Below, in pieces: positions 44,513 to 54,345 of a stretch of 64,000 nt of DNA. Location of the stretch: positions 62,001-126,000 of the IMG/VR virus record IMGVR_UViG_3300042868_007959; one strand, given 5' to 3'. The notes beneath the pieces were generated by a model. It was not told the origin of the DNA and made no database searches. It saw only the letters and a program-made list of their open reading frames with translations. The translations under genes were made by a program, and so were the position numbers. Within the stretch, counting starts at the first letter, position 1. Each line of letters opens with the position of its first letter.

Positions 44513-44986
44513 TTATTCTACTCCCACTTGAAATTTATTTGATATATCCTCAATTAAATCATTAAGTCTATCAAACTCACTCTCATCTTTAATGTGGACA
44601 GGGTTAATACACTTAATTTCTTCCTTATCATCGGTAGGTAAAAAGAATAGTCTAACTTCATCCCCTTTATTTTCCAAATAGGTTCTCACACTCTCACCAT
44701 AAGTTTCTATCATCTCCCTATTGGCAAATAAATCTCTCTGTAAGTAAAAAACTAAAATTAAAGGTGTGTAACTACTATTTTGTGTTTTAAATTTCTCTAA
44801 CGTAACGTATTCGATATCCTTAGTCGATACATCATATGTTTCACTTAACATATTTTCTTTTTGAGTTCTATCTTCTTCACCAACCGCATCTTTACATTCG
44901 ATAGGATTTCCGTTATCATCATTTACATAAATTAAATAATGTCTAATCCCTTTTTCTAATCTGTTATTTTTAGTAACAATTTTCAT
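44513..44986 (-). CDS. Hypothetical protein
   Basis: ORF track. Confidence 0.75.
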   Translation of the reverse strand: MKIVTKNNRLEKGIRHYLIYVNDDNGNPIECKDAVGEEDRTQKENMLSETYDVSTKDIEYVTLEKFKTQNSSYTPLILVFYLQRDLFANREMIETYGESVRTYLENKGDEVRLFFLPTDDKEEIKCINPVHIKDESEFDRLNDLIEDISNKFQVGVE

Positions 44987-45060
44987 AAATTATATTTTGT
45001 CAATTTTATTATTTTAAATAATTTTAATAAAAATATTTTAAACTGTAAATGTTATAAAAT

Positions 45061-45092
45061 AAAAAAGGGAAAGTATTTCTACTCTCCCTTTT
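45061..45092 (-). terminator. Intrinsic terminator
   Basis: AAAAGGGAGAGT-AGAAAT-ACTTTCCCTTTTTT. Confidence 0.75.
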
Positions 45093-45097
45093 AAATT

Positions 45098-45590
45098 TTG
45101 GTGTCGGAATGGTGATCCTTCTTTTATTTTCGGTGGTAGAGTACCCACCCTAAGTATTTTAATCCGTTCTAGTTCGGATGTCTTATTATTTAGTTGAGAC
45201 AAAACCAACTACTATTTTTTACTTGTAGTAAACAAGAGGTATGTTTTACGACCTAAAGTGTAGGGGTTTCCTACGTTTAAACTCTCCTATGGTCGCCACT
45301 TTATATTTTTTTTCGAGTAAAGTGGTAAAACTCTGATCTATCTGCTTTTTTTCTAGTAAGTGTTTGCAGAAACCATTCGTTTATCGGACTTAAAGGGAAT
45401 TCGTATATTCCCAATCCATTACACCTAATAACATTGTGGTATCGGAATTGTCTGACACTTTACATAACTCTGAGTGGTCCCCCGCTTTCACGGTTTACAC
45501 CCTTATGGTTATATGGGTTATCAAAGCCCCTCTTTCTTAGCTGAATTGTAGTTTTTTAATTTTGCTGCAATTATTCCTTAGCTACCACAA
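45098..45590 (-). ncRNA. Unidentified ~490-nt multi-hairpin RNA region
   Basis: No ORF; more than 10 hairpins; long-range TTGTGGTA/TACCACAA pairing; bounded by boxA and a terminator; 5' part carries the AAGGA..TT.CAGCAA Y-like motif. Confidence 0.6.
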
Positions 45591-45607
45591 ATATTTTCAA
45601 AGAACTT
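45590..45607 (-). promoter_or_regulatory. boxA-like element
   Basis: AAGTTCTTTGAAAATATT immediately after the DUF2828 stop codon. Confidence 0.6.
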
Positions 45608-45608
45608 A

Positions 45609-47024
45609 TTATACAGTTATTACACTATATCTTTTATCATTAACAGTATCCATCATTATGGATTCTGGTGTCATATTTTTACCCCCTAATAGAGACTTTA
45701 GTATTGATGGACTAAATCCCGAAACTAATGCAGTTCCGTTTTTATCAAACTCAACTGGAAAGTTACCACCACTAGAATTTAAATTCCAATATACTACATT
45801 AGGCATTTTATATCCTGCCTCTTTATACATTTCCTCAATCATCGATTGTGCACCCAAACTATTTCTTCTAGTTGCCTGATTGAATTGCATATCAGATAAA
45901 ATTAATATCTTAGTCGGCATAAATTCCTCACTAATATTATTGTTTTTTGCCTGAGTTAGAATTAAGTTAAATACTTTTTCTAAATTAGTACTCATACCCC
46001 AATCTGAACTTATTAATTGTGATAGTCTTTGTTCTAAACTACCTTTTAAATACTGTAATTCAGGACTTTCGGAAAATGTAATAAATGCATCTTTGAAGTT
46101 ACCTTCACTTCTTTCAGAAATATACATACCTAATGATACTGCAATATCCATACAAGTTAGGTTTGGGTTACCTCCCGCTGGACATTCCATAGACCCTGAA
46201 ACGTCAACAACTGGTAAAATTCTTTCTTCAGATCCCTCCATCCAATTAGGTAGTGACTCCCACTGTTTACTATTTACTACTTCATCACCACCCATCTTCA
46301 TAGATTTTATAATGTCGTATGGGTAAACCGCACCTGCATTAACTTTTGCAGTTCCTTCAATTAGAGAATTTTTATACTCCTCATATCTTTCAATATCATT
46401 TCTTTTAAATGATTTTTGGTATCTTGATGATGCCAATGAAGGAATTTTTGAGTAGTCGATTGATTCCCAATCTTTTGAACACATCTTAGTTTCTACAACA
46501 TTAGTTAAATCAACTAACATTTTTCTATATTGTTTAGGAGTAGTTTTAAATAATCTTCTAAGTTTATTTGCCACTTCACCTTTTCTAGGCATCCATTTTG
46601 CACAAAGTCCATCACCGTTAGTTAATGCGGTTTTGATAATTTCAAACATTTCATCCTCTAATTCGGTACCCATAAGGACTAATATATCATCCCATCTACC
46701 AAACTCTGAAATAAAATTTATATTTTTTCTAAGTGTTATAGGTGAGTTGACAGATAGATACTCAATAACGTCTCTAAATACTTTTCTTTCACCCGCACCA
46801 CTTCTAATATCTCTAACCCAAAAAAGTATTTTTGTTGCCACTAAAGGATTTTCTAAAAAGGCTTGATTAAAAAGTTTATTAACCAATTCTTTAGATTTTC
46901 CTCTCATCGCCCCAATAGCGAAAAATAAATCCACACACTTATTAAGTGTCGTAGGATTGGTAACCATACCATTATCGGTTAATGTTACATTTTGTTCTTC
47001 CGTATTAGTTAACTGAGTGTCCAT
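45609..47024 (-). CDS. DUF2828-family protein (helical N-terminus + vWA; TROVE/Ro60-like architecture)
   Basis: RDIRSGAGER, GRWDD, AKWMPR, NAGAVYPYDI, VDVSGSM MIDAS, ILSDMQFN, YWNL, VSGFSP. Confidence 0.85.
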   Translation of the reverse strand: MDTQLTNTEEQNVTLTDNGMVTNPTTLNKCVDLFFAIGAMRGKSKELVNKLFNQAFLENPLVATKILFWVRDIRSGAGERKVFRDVIEYLSVNSPITLRKNINFISEFGRWDDILVLMGTELEDEMFEIIKTALTNGDGLCAKWMPRKGEVANKLRRLFKTTPKQYRKMLVDLTNVVETKMCSKDWESIDYSKIPSLASSRYQKSFKRNDIERYEEYKNSLIEGTAKVNAGAVYPYDIIKSMKMGGDEVVNSKQWESLPNWMEGSEERILPVVDVSGSMECPAGGNPNLTCMDIAVSLGMYISERSEGNFKDAFITFSESPELQYLKGSLEQRLSQLISSDWGMSTNLEKVFNLILTQAKNNNISEEFMPTKILILSDMQFNQATRRNSLGAQSMIEEMYKEAGYKMPNVVYWNLNSSGGNFPVEFDKNGTALVSGFSPSILKSLLGGKNMTPESIMMDTVNDKRYSVITV

Positions 47025-47107
47025 AATCTTTTTTTATCGTTTGTGAATGTAAATATATATACTATTTTTTAAAAAGTCAAATATTTTTTTAAAAAAATTT
47101 AAATTTT

Positions 47108-47734
47108 TTAATTGTCGAACCAAAAAACTATTCTAATATCCTTAGGATCACCTAATTCCAAAAGAGTGTCTACAACTGTCCTAAAAAAATAAGTTCCTAT
47201 CCCTATCTGATCTAATTCATTATCTGTCATATTATAATAATGACTTTCTATAATTTCATCTAAGTATAAAAAATTATGTGAATGTCCATCCATATCCCAT
47301 TGATCACTTAAGTTACAAATTTCTTCAGATACATCATCAGGTAAACCTCTATCCATATCAGCTATCAAATCCATAGAACTATCTCTAACACCTGCTAACG
47401 CACCAAACAAACTATAATTTCTACCATTATACGGTTGATCGGTTCTGGGATCAGATAATTTACCGTATACATGTATTTCTTTTGAGTCATCAGAAAATAA
47501 ATCTACTAAAAATTTATTAAAAACAAATTCTTCTATTTTATTAGAAGGTTGACCACCTTTAAAATATTTTTTTATCATACGATTAGATTCTTCCTTAGTC
47601 AAACCTAAATTATGTTCCATATACTCTTCAGCTTTCTCTAAACTGTAGTCATAGAAAAATTCATTACCGACCTTTTCCCATTTATTAGTTTTAGTATTTC
47701 TTTTTTCTGCAAACATATGTACATCACAACCCAT
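47108..47734 (-). CDS. Conserved phage hypothetical protein
   Basis: MGCDVH...RNYSLFGALAGVR...RGLPDD...HSHNFL...RIVFWFDN. Confidence 0.8.
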   Translation of the reverse strand: MGCDVHMFAEKRNTKTNKWEKVGNEFFYDYSLEKAEEYMEHNLGLTKEESNRMIKKYFKGGQPSNKIEEFVFNKFLVDLFSDDSKEIHVYGKLSDPRTDQPYNGRNYSLFGALAGVRDSSMDLIADMDRGLPDDVSEEICNLSDQWDMDGHSHNFLYLDEIIESHYYNMTDNELDQIGIGTYFFRTVVDTLLELGDPKDIRIVFWFDN

Positions 47735-47780
47735 AATATTTTTTTTTACAAATATAATAAAAATTTTATTATAAACAAAT

Positions 47781-48791
47781 TTATTTATATAATTCTTTCA
47801 GATAATCCATATTCTTTTTAAGAACATTTTTACCCATAAATTTTTCAGTAAACTTTTCGTGTCTATTATATAACATAATACCGTTATAATCTGGAGATTC
47901 ACCTGAAAATATATCTATATACCTATATTTAGGATTCGATGTACTTTGTTTAGCGACATACGCTCTTCTTTTAACTTGAACTAAATAAATTTCACCTTCT
48001 TTTTCCATAATAAGATCGATACCATATATCATATCAATAAAATTACCATTACAACCTTCATAGAGTAAAACGTACCCATCTTCTTGTAAAAGTTCTTTAG
48101 TTAAGTTTTCCACATAATCACCTATCTTAGTATTATTTTTAGTGTTGTATGTGAAATCTTCATATTCGTCTAAAGTAAAATATTTTTCCAATAATTTAGT
48201 TAAGGTTTTACCTTTTATAGTTAATAAGAAATTTTTGATTTCAGTACTATTCATTTTAGATAATTTTTCTATTTGACCACCCTTAATGAACAATGTAGTT
48301 AAAAGTTCTGCTAAATCACTATAATTTGTATTTAATTTATTAACATAACTCCAATCACCATTTTGATCTTTAACTAAACAACAATTATTTAATTTCTGTG
48401 TGTAATATGTTCCATCAGATTTTTTTATGATATCTCCAATTATACCAGTCCTATGTAAATATTCTAATGGTTTCTGGTACATACCATTTAAATTTTCACA
48501 TTCGAATGCATCTCTCAAAACTGTATAGATATTATCTTTCATATCTAGTCCATCCTTATCACATACCCAACTACTCAGTTTTTTTATATTGTCACAAACT
48601 AATTTTTCATTACCATAAAATCTTTCACAACAATAGTATTCTATCATTCTATTTTCAATGATAATATCAGCTTCCTTACGTTCCTTGTCCTCAAATTCAA
48701 CACTTGGGTGACTCAATCCATTATCAAATGTTTCTTTATCATCATTTAAAAGGTAATCCATAAAATCTTTGTGGGTACTATTTTCTTCCAT
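47781..48791 (-). CDS. Hypothetical protein with C-terminal PD-(D/E)xK-like motif
   Basis: E..T..LL...D...GIDLI...LVQVK. Confidence 0.6.
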   Translation of the reverse strand: MEENSTHKDFMDYLLNDDKETFDNGLSHPSVEFEDKERKEADIIIENRMIEYYCCERFYGNEKLVCDNIKKLSSWVCDKDGLDMKDNIYTVLRDAFECENLNGMYQKPLEYLHRTGIIGDIIKKSDGTYYTQKLNNCCLVKDQNGDWSYVNKLNTNYSDLAELLTTLFIKGGQIEKLSKMNSTEIKNFLLTIKGKTLTKLLEKYFTLDEYEDFTYNTKNNTKIGDYVENLTKELLQEDGYVLLYEGCNGNFIDMIYGIDLIMEKEGEIYLVQVKRRAYVAKQSTSNPKYRYIDIFSGESPDYNGIMLYNRHEKFTEKFMGKNVLKKNMDYLKELYK

Positions 48792-48843
48792 ATTATATTT
48801 TTTTATATGTATAATGATATGGAATTTTTAAGTAATTGTCAAA

Positions 48844-49065
48844 TTACTTGATTTCGAAAACAAATGTGATTCCTGCTATGTTAATTTCTATCACATTATT
48901 GTGGATGAAGTTGGTGAGGTTATTATTTGTATTATAAAATAATTCCTCATCTAACTTTTTATGTATTTCCGCATCTAACTTATATTGGATTGTTAATCCT
49001 TCCGTTGGAATTGACTCATTTTCCACACATTCATTTGCTATTTGTAAAACTTTGTCTAAATTCAT
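48844..49065 (-). CDS. Hypothetical protein
   Basis: ORF track. Confidence 0.7.
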   Translation of the reverse strand: MNLDKVLQIANECVENESIPTEGLTIQYKLDAEIHKKLDEELFYNTNNNLTNFIHNNVIEINIAGITFVFEIK

Positions 49066-49066
49066 A

Positions 49067-49258
49067 TTAAAATATTTTCAAAAACTTTTCCCAAGTTCGT
49101 TTAAAAAACGACTTTTTTATTTTTTTTACTTTACCACCATTAAATTTAATGTGGTTACCTAATCCATTTTTTATTTCTTTGATAAAGTTTTCTTTTTTGA
49201 GTTCTGTCTTTAAGTTGTCCAACCTAATGTCAGATTCCACCTTTTTTAATTCGTTCAT
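49067..49258 (-). CDS. Hypothetical protein
   Basis: ORF track. Confidence 0.65.
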   Translation of the reverse strand: MNELKKVESDIRLDNLKTELKKENFIKEIKNGLGNHIKFNGGKVKKIKKSFFKRTWEKFLKIF

Positions 49259-49270
49259 ATTTAATAATAG

Positions 49271-49672
49271 TTAAAATATTCTAACAAGTGAAGAAAATAA
49301 GGTAGGAAATAATGGTTTTGGTAAATCATTTATATCAAACCAACCCCAATCTTGATTTTCTTCGTTTAAATCGCAATCATATTCTTGATCACAAAACCCA
49401 ATAAAAAAATGATAAGGGTACCCCATTTCCCATTGAGTTTCGAATAATATATATTTAATATTATCAGATTTTATATTAGTCTCTTCGTATAACTCTCTTT
49501 TAACCCCATCTAATTCTGTTTCACCATTTTCTATTTTACCACCAAATAAACTCCAAGTATTAGGAAAACTTCCATTTTTTCTTCTTTGCCCTAATAAAAA
49601 TCTATTTGTTGTGGTACATATTAATAAAACTCCACCATATATTTTTCTTTTCATTATAAACTTTCTTGCCAA
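49271..49672 (-). CDS. NUDIX hydrolase
   Basis: GGKIENGETELDGVKRELYEET NUDIX box. Confidence 0.93.
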   Translation of the reverse strand: MARKFIMKRKIYGGVLLICTTTNRFLLGQRRKNGSFPNTWSLFGGKIENGETELDGVKRELYEETNIKSDNIKYILFETQWEMGYPYHFFIGFCDQEYDCDLNEENQDWGWFDINDLPKPLFPTLFSSLVRIF

Positions 49673-51909
49673 TAATAATATTTATCCATTGCGGTTGCAG
49701 GTCTTATTGTACCCCACCCATAAACTTCATTATAGGGTGATCCACCACCACACCTAGGTTTCAAATTTTTAGGTTTAGTAACTCTTTCCTCAAAGTGTAA
49801 ATGAGCACCATGAGATTTACCAGTATTACCCATTAACCCTATCGGATCACCTACTTTTATTTCCTGCCCATTTTTTACATATATCTTAGCTAAATGACCA
49901 TATGCGGAATATATTCCCCCACCATGATTTATAGATACGAAATTACCGTAACCACCACAAACAGATGCGTAATCCACAACACCTGATTTATTACAAACTA
50001 TAACATTTTTACCATAACCATATGGTCCAACAACATCATAACCGTGATGTGGTTTTCCCCACCTATTTGCAGTTGGTAATGAAGTCTTTTTACCTGATGA
50101 GGCACTCGCAACTTTTTTACCTAATACAGGTTTTGGTAGAGTTTTTTTATCAGGTTCAGTTTTTTTATCAGGTTCAGTTTTTTTACTATTACCACTTTTT
50201 ATTTCTCCCGTTTCCATATCGATGAACGAACTTAATTTCTGTAGTATCGGTTTATCTGGCAATCCAACATGTACATGATGGTATGTACCACTATCCCATC
50301 TTGATATTTCCCCAATCGGTGTCCCTAAATCAACTTTTTGTCCTTTAGATATTTTTAAATTCTGTAAATGCGTATAAAATATATCAGGATACCCATTTTC
50401 ACCTGTAACAGTTACTTGTGCACCATAAACTTTACCATCATGATCGTTTTGGTTTCCACCTATTTTACTAACAGTACCCTTTGTTATCGAATAAACAACA
50501 CTTCCAGGTTTTCCAGGTATATCCGTAGCGTTATCCGATTGCCAATTACCTAATTTTCTACTACCATGATTTGCAGGACCATTTTTATCAATTTTTACAC
50601 TTTTACCTATAATATATTTACCACTTCCAACAAATTCATCGTCTTCTGTTTGTGCGTCATAACCTGGTTTACCCTCTCTAACCCATTCTTTACCTTTATG
50701 TTTAAACGCAATTTCAACATAATCGTTTAATGATCCTGTTTTATCTAAACCTGTATTTTTATCACAATCAGATAACATTCTATTAACATAATTTAATCTA
50801 TAACTATCCTGATTAACCCAATTTCTAAATGCGTTACCATCTGCAGTACTTTTTATGTGTTGATTATACAATTTTCGTTCATCCACAGTTAATGTACAAT
50901 TATCATCTTCTATTGAACCCCCTCCATATTTTTCAATATGTTTAGGGTTAAGTGTACCATTATATTTAAGGATTTCTATTACCAGACCACCCGTACCCCA
51001 AGTTTTTAATTCACCAACTTCAGAAGCAATTGACATTGCAGTTATATCATTATTTTTTAATTTTGATACCACATTATTATATCTCCCATTAGTCAAAGTT
51101 TTAACAGTAGCATTTAATCCTGAATTATATGTCTTATAATTTCTTACACCTGGACTAGATCCTGAAGGACATGTTCTACAACCTGTAGGTGTATAACCAA
51201 CACCATTTTTTAAACAATTATAATAACAACCTTCATTTGCCTGATCTCTATATGTTGTAGCAAATGGATTATACGTTGATTCTGATGATTCTCCACTTCT
51301 CCATGCAAAGAAGAACATCATTTTTTCACATGTGACTTTTGTTCCAATAGATTTTAATATATCTTGATAAAATTTAATATCCATAGATGGTGGTAAAATA
51401 ACTTTTCGTCTATTACCTTTATTATTTTTACCAAAATTACACGCCTCTAATGTTTTAAACACTTCTTCTTCTGAATCATCTATTACCGCCACATCACTGT
51501 TATCCTCAACTTCTGCTACGTCACTATTTTCATTATCTACTACTGCGATATCACCACTAACAAAATCACTGTCAATACCACTATCGAATCCAAAAACATT
51601 AGGTAATACTTTATCCCTAGGGTTAATTTTAAAATCTACATAATCCTCTATGATTTTTTCTATCTGTTTCCTTTCCTCAGATGAATATTTAGTGGAATCT
51701 AAATAAACTACCCCATGTTCAATTTTATCGACATAAACATCTTTTGTGATTTTATTCATTGCGAAATAACCTGTTAAATGGGTTAGAGTGTCTAAAATAT
51801 CATGACTAACATCTTTTTCATCTTCAGGATTATTAAATATAAAAAATTGTTCATTTAATAATTTAACTAATTTACTATATTGACTTTCTGTGACTAAAAT
51901 TCTTTTCAT
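49654..51909 (-). CDS. Multi-domain peptidoglycan hydrolase (lysozyme-like + two M23 domains), ITE N-terminus
   Basis: W..GE...NPFAT...YKTYNSGL; M23-1 ATDIP...YTHL...HHVHVG; M23-2 HHGYDV...YGHL...HGAHLHFE; KKTEPD repeat linker. Confidence 0.85.
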   Translation of the reverse strand: MKRILVTESQYSKLVKLLNEQFFIFNNPEDEKDVSHDILDTLTHLTGYFAMNKITKDVYVDKIEHGVVYLDSTKYSSEERKQIEKIIEDYVDFKINPRDKVLPNVFGFDSGIDSDFVSGDIAVVDNENSDVAEVEDNSDVAVIDDSEEEVFKTLEACNFGKNNKGNRRKVILPPSMDIKFYQDILKSIGTKVTCEKMMFFFAWRSGESSESTYNPFATTYRDQANEGCYYNCLKNGVGYTPTGCRTCPSGSSPGVRNYKTYNSGLNATVKTLTNGRYNNVVSKLKNNDITAMSIASEVGELKTWGTGGLVIEILKYNGTLNPKHIEKYGGGSIEDDNCTLTVDERKLYNQHIKSTADGNAFRNWVNQDSYRLNYVNRMLSDCDKNTGLDKTGSLNDYVEIAFKHKGKEWVREGKPGYDAQTEDDEFVGSGKYIIGKSVKIDKNGPANHGSRKLGNWQSDNATDIPGKPGSVVYSITKGTVSKIGGNQNDHDGKVYGAQVTVTGENGYPDIFYTHLQNLKISKGQKVDLGTPIGEISRWDSGTYHHVHVGLPDKPILQKLSSFIDMETGEIKSGNSKKTEPDKKTEPDKKTLPKPVLGKKVASASSGKKTSLPTANRWGKPHHGYDVVGPYGYGKNVIVCNKSGVVDYASVCGGYGNFVSINHGGGIYSAYGHLAKIYVKNGQEIKVGDPIGLMGNTGKSHGAHLHFEERVTKPKNLKPRCGGGSPYNEVYGWGTIRPATAMDKYYYWQESL

Positions 51910-52817
51910 ATTACTGTTATTAATCTTAATAATTTTCTTTTAAATGATTCACCTAAAATATTAAATTTTCTTTCTAAATCAATTAAGAATCTATCGGTTG
52001 ATTTTATCTTTGGTAAATTACCTTCTGTATAATAGAAACACATTATTATTTTGTAAAGTTCACTTTTTCTATCATCTGTGAGATTAGTTATCTCTTTTAA
52101 ATATTCATCTGATTTAAAATTTATCATAGTTTCTGCAAATATATACATTGGTAACCCCTTTAAGATGTCAATAAAATCATTGTAGTCTTTAGGTTCCGCT
52201 TTTGATATCATACTTCCAGCTTGTTGTATAAATGCATTTATTTCAAATGATTGCGAAATATATAACATATATGCGATCCTATCAACTGCGTCCCCATTAA
52301 TATCTCCATTTTTGTAGACTTCTTCACACCCTTTAATTTCTTTTGGTGTTTCTAAATTCCTATTTACCCATTCATATACATGCATAAACTCATGTGATAA
52401 AAAAGATGAAAAATAATAATGTAGTGTACCATAATCAATCTCATCTCTATTTTTAGGTAATTTCATTATAACGTCAAATTCAACATCTAAAATATTATAC
52501 GTATCATCATCATTTTCTATTATTTGAGTATAGAAAGGATTATACCCCATACTAACATCTGCAAAATCGTCATCTATATCATCAATAATCACTGTCATTA
52601 TTATACTATCAATTGGTACATCTTTATAAAAATCTTTCCCCTTAAGTTTTAATGATAATTTTTTTAATGTGTAGACATCCTCTTCCACATCTTGTTTCAT
52701 AATAGTGGGTAGTAATTCGTCAGTTACATAATCCGCCCAATTTTCAACAGTTTTAGAATAACCTCTATTTTCTTTGAGTATTTTTTTATATTGACTTCTA
52801 TTTACAATTACCTTCAT
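51906..52817 (-). CDS. Hypothetical protein with HExxH motif
   Basis: MKVIVNRSQYKKILKE; SHEFMH...FEINA. Confidence 0.7.
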   Translation of the reverse strand: MKVIVNRSQYKKILKENRGYSKTVENWADYVTDELLPTIMKQDVEEDVYTLKKLSLKLKGKDFYKDVPIDSIIMTVIIDDIDDDFADVSMGYNPFYTQIIENDDDTYNILDVEFDVIMKLPKNRDEIDYGTLHYYFSSFLSHEFMHVYEWVNRNLETPKEIKGCEEVYKNGDINGDAVDRIAYMLYISQSFEINAFIQQAGSMISKAEPKDYNDFIDILKGLPMYIFAETMINFKSDEYLKEITNLTDDRKSELYKIIMCFYYTEGNLPKIKSTDRFLIDLERKFNILGESFKRKLLRLITVI

Positions 52818-52871
52818 ATTTAGTATACTTTATAAATAAATATCAATTTTTTTAATAAAAAAGTAAGCATT

Positions 52872-53192
52872 ATGGAATTATTATTATTAATTTTAGTTAG
52901 TTACGGGATTTCTAACATCATTGTATACGGTACAATATTCGAAAGTTTAAGAGAGACTGCCGAAGTATATAACCCTAGTTTTTTTGGTAAACTCTTAGGT
53001 TGTATGATGTGTACCCCTTGGTGGGTTGGATTTTTCTTATCTTTAGGTTCACAATTAAGTGGATTCACCCAATTTTCACCGTTCTACCATTATGGTTTAG
53101 AATTTGCACCTGTATCGATTTTCTTAGATGCCTGTTTAATATCAGGAACTTCTTGGTTAATCCATACAGTACAAGAAAAATTAGAGGTATAA
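52872..53192 (+). CDS. DUF1360-like membrane protein
   Basis: LLGCMMCTPWWVG CxxC within TM helices. Confidence 0.7.
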   Translation: MELLLLILVSYGISNIIVYGTIFESLRETAEVYNPSFFGKLLGCMMCTPWWVGFFLSLGSQLSGFTQFSPFYHYGLEFAPVSIFLDACLISGTSWLIHTVQEKLEV

Positions 53193-53222
53193 AAAAAGAG
53201 GGTTTTAAACCCTCTTTTTTTT
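53191..53222. terminator. Bidirectional terminator
   Basis: A7-GAGGGTT-TT-AAACCCTC-T7 between convergent genes. Confidence 0.78.
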
Positions 53223-53667
53223 ATTCTTCAATTAAGACATTTTCTTTTGTAGGTGGTAGTTCAACACCATTATGTATTTTTGGTGTATTACTAATATCTT
53301 TTAAAGTTGGTTCATCAACTGTTTCCATAACAAACCTTAGTTTTTCTAATTCGTGTAAGGGTTTTTCACTAAATAAAAATTTAAGTTCTTCTATCTTAGC
53401 CTTTAGTAATGTCAATTTATTTTCTTTTTCAATATTGAAATCTATTACAAATTGTACATGTTCTATAACTCTATCAATAGTCCCACTATTTTCTTGTGAG
53501 AAAACCATAAAATAATTTTTATTATTGTTACTTGGTTTATAAGAAACAGTATCGGACTCAAACATATCCCATCCATCTAATAAAACGACATCTACAACAG
53601 GTAGATCTTTTACAAATCTAATACCTGTCACATAAGGTCTCATCTCATTTAATTTTTCGTGAAACAT
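53221..53667 (-). CDS. Hypothetical protein
   Basis: ORF track. Confidence 0.75.
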   Translation of the reverse strand: MFHEKLNEMRPYVTGIRFVKDLPVVDVVLLDGWDMFESDTVSYKPSNNNKNYFMVFSQENSGTIDRVIEHVQFVIDFNIEKENKLTLLKAKIEELKFLFSEKPLHELEKLRFVMETVDEPTLKDISNTPKIHNGVELPPTKENVLIEE

Positions 53668-53862
53668 TTATAAGTTTATTAATACTGTTATTATTGTCGT
53701 AATAAAATAAGAAATAGATATACCTAAAACTAAAAGGGGTAACTTTTCCATTATAAACCTTTCTTCGGTTCTTACATTACGCATCAAAAAGAATGTATTT
53801 CTTACTATATTTAATGTAGATAGTACGAATAAAAATAAATATATGTTATTAAGTATATCCAT
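53668..53862 (-). CDS. Small membrane protein
   Basis: Two TM segments. Confidence 0.7.
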   Translation of the reverse strand: MDILNNIYLFLFVLSTLNIVRNTFFLMRNVRTEERFIMEKLPLLVLGISISYFITTIITVLINL

Positions 53863-53868
53863 ATCTAA

Positions 53869-54051
53869 TTAATCGTTAGCTTCAGTTTTTTTACTGGATA
53901 CATCAACTCTGATGTCTTGACAAAGATTTTTAATGTCTTGACAAGTTTTTCTTACTCTAGTTCCTGCCGCCTTATTTTTTTTGTCATAAAATTTAGTTAC
54001 GTCCTCATTAAGTTCAGAAACTAATTTAGTTAATTGTTCATACAATTCCAT
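53869..54051 (-). CDS. Histone H1-like (Hc1-type, Bacteroidota) protein
   Basis: KF..K.NKAAGTRVRK...IK.L..D.R signature. Confidence 0.82.
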   Translation of the reverse strand: MELYEQLTKLVSELNEDVTKFYDKKNKAAGTRVRKTCQDIKNLCQDIRVDVSSKKTEAND

Positions 54052-54062
54052 TTTAATTTATT

Positions 54063-54305
54063 TTAAACATTGTTATTATTTTCAGTTTTATCATCCAAAT
54101 TAGCCAAAGTACCTAAATAATCACTTAACATCTGTATTTTATTATTTGTTACTGTGATAAATGATAATACAGAATCAAACTCGTTCTTTTTTGAAAGAAA
54201 ATTTTCTTCTTTATTAAGAATTCTATTTAATTCTAGTTCGTAAGTGTCTCTTTGGGATACTAAGTCAGATAAAACTATTTCCAAAAATTTTATTTTTGTA
54301 TTCAT
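54063..54305 (-). CDS. Hypothetical protein
   Basis: ORF track. Confidence 0.7.
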   Translation of the reverse strand: MNTKIKFLEIVLSDLVSQRDTYELELNRILNKEENFLSKKNEFDSVLSFITVTNNKIQMLSDYLGTLANLDDKTENNNNV

Positions 54306-54345
54306 ATATATACCAATATAGTTAAAAGAAGATTAAAAATCAATA

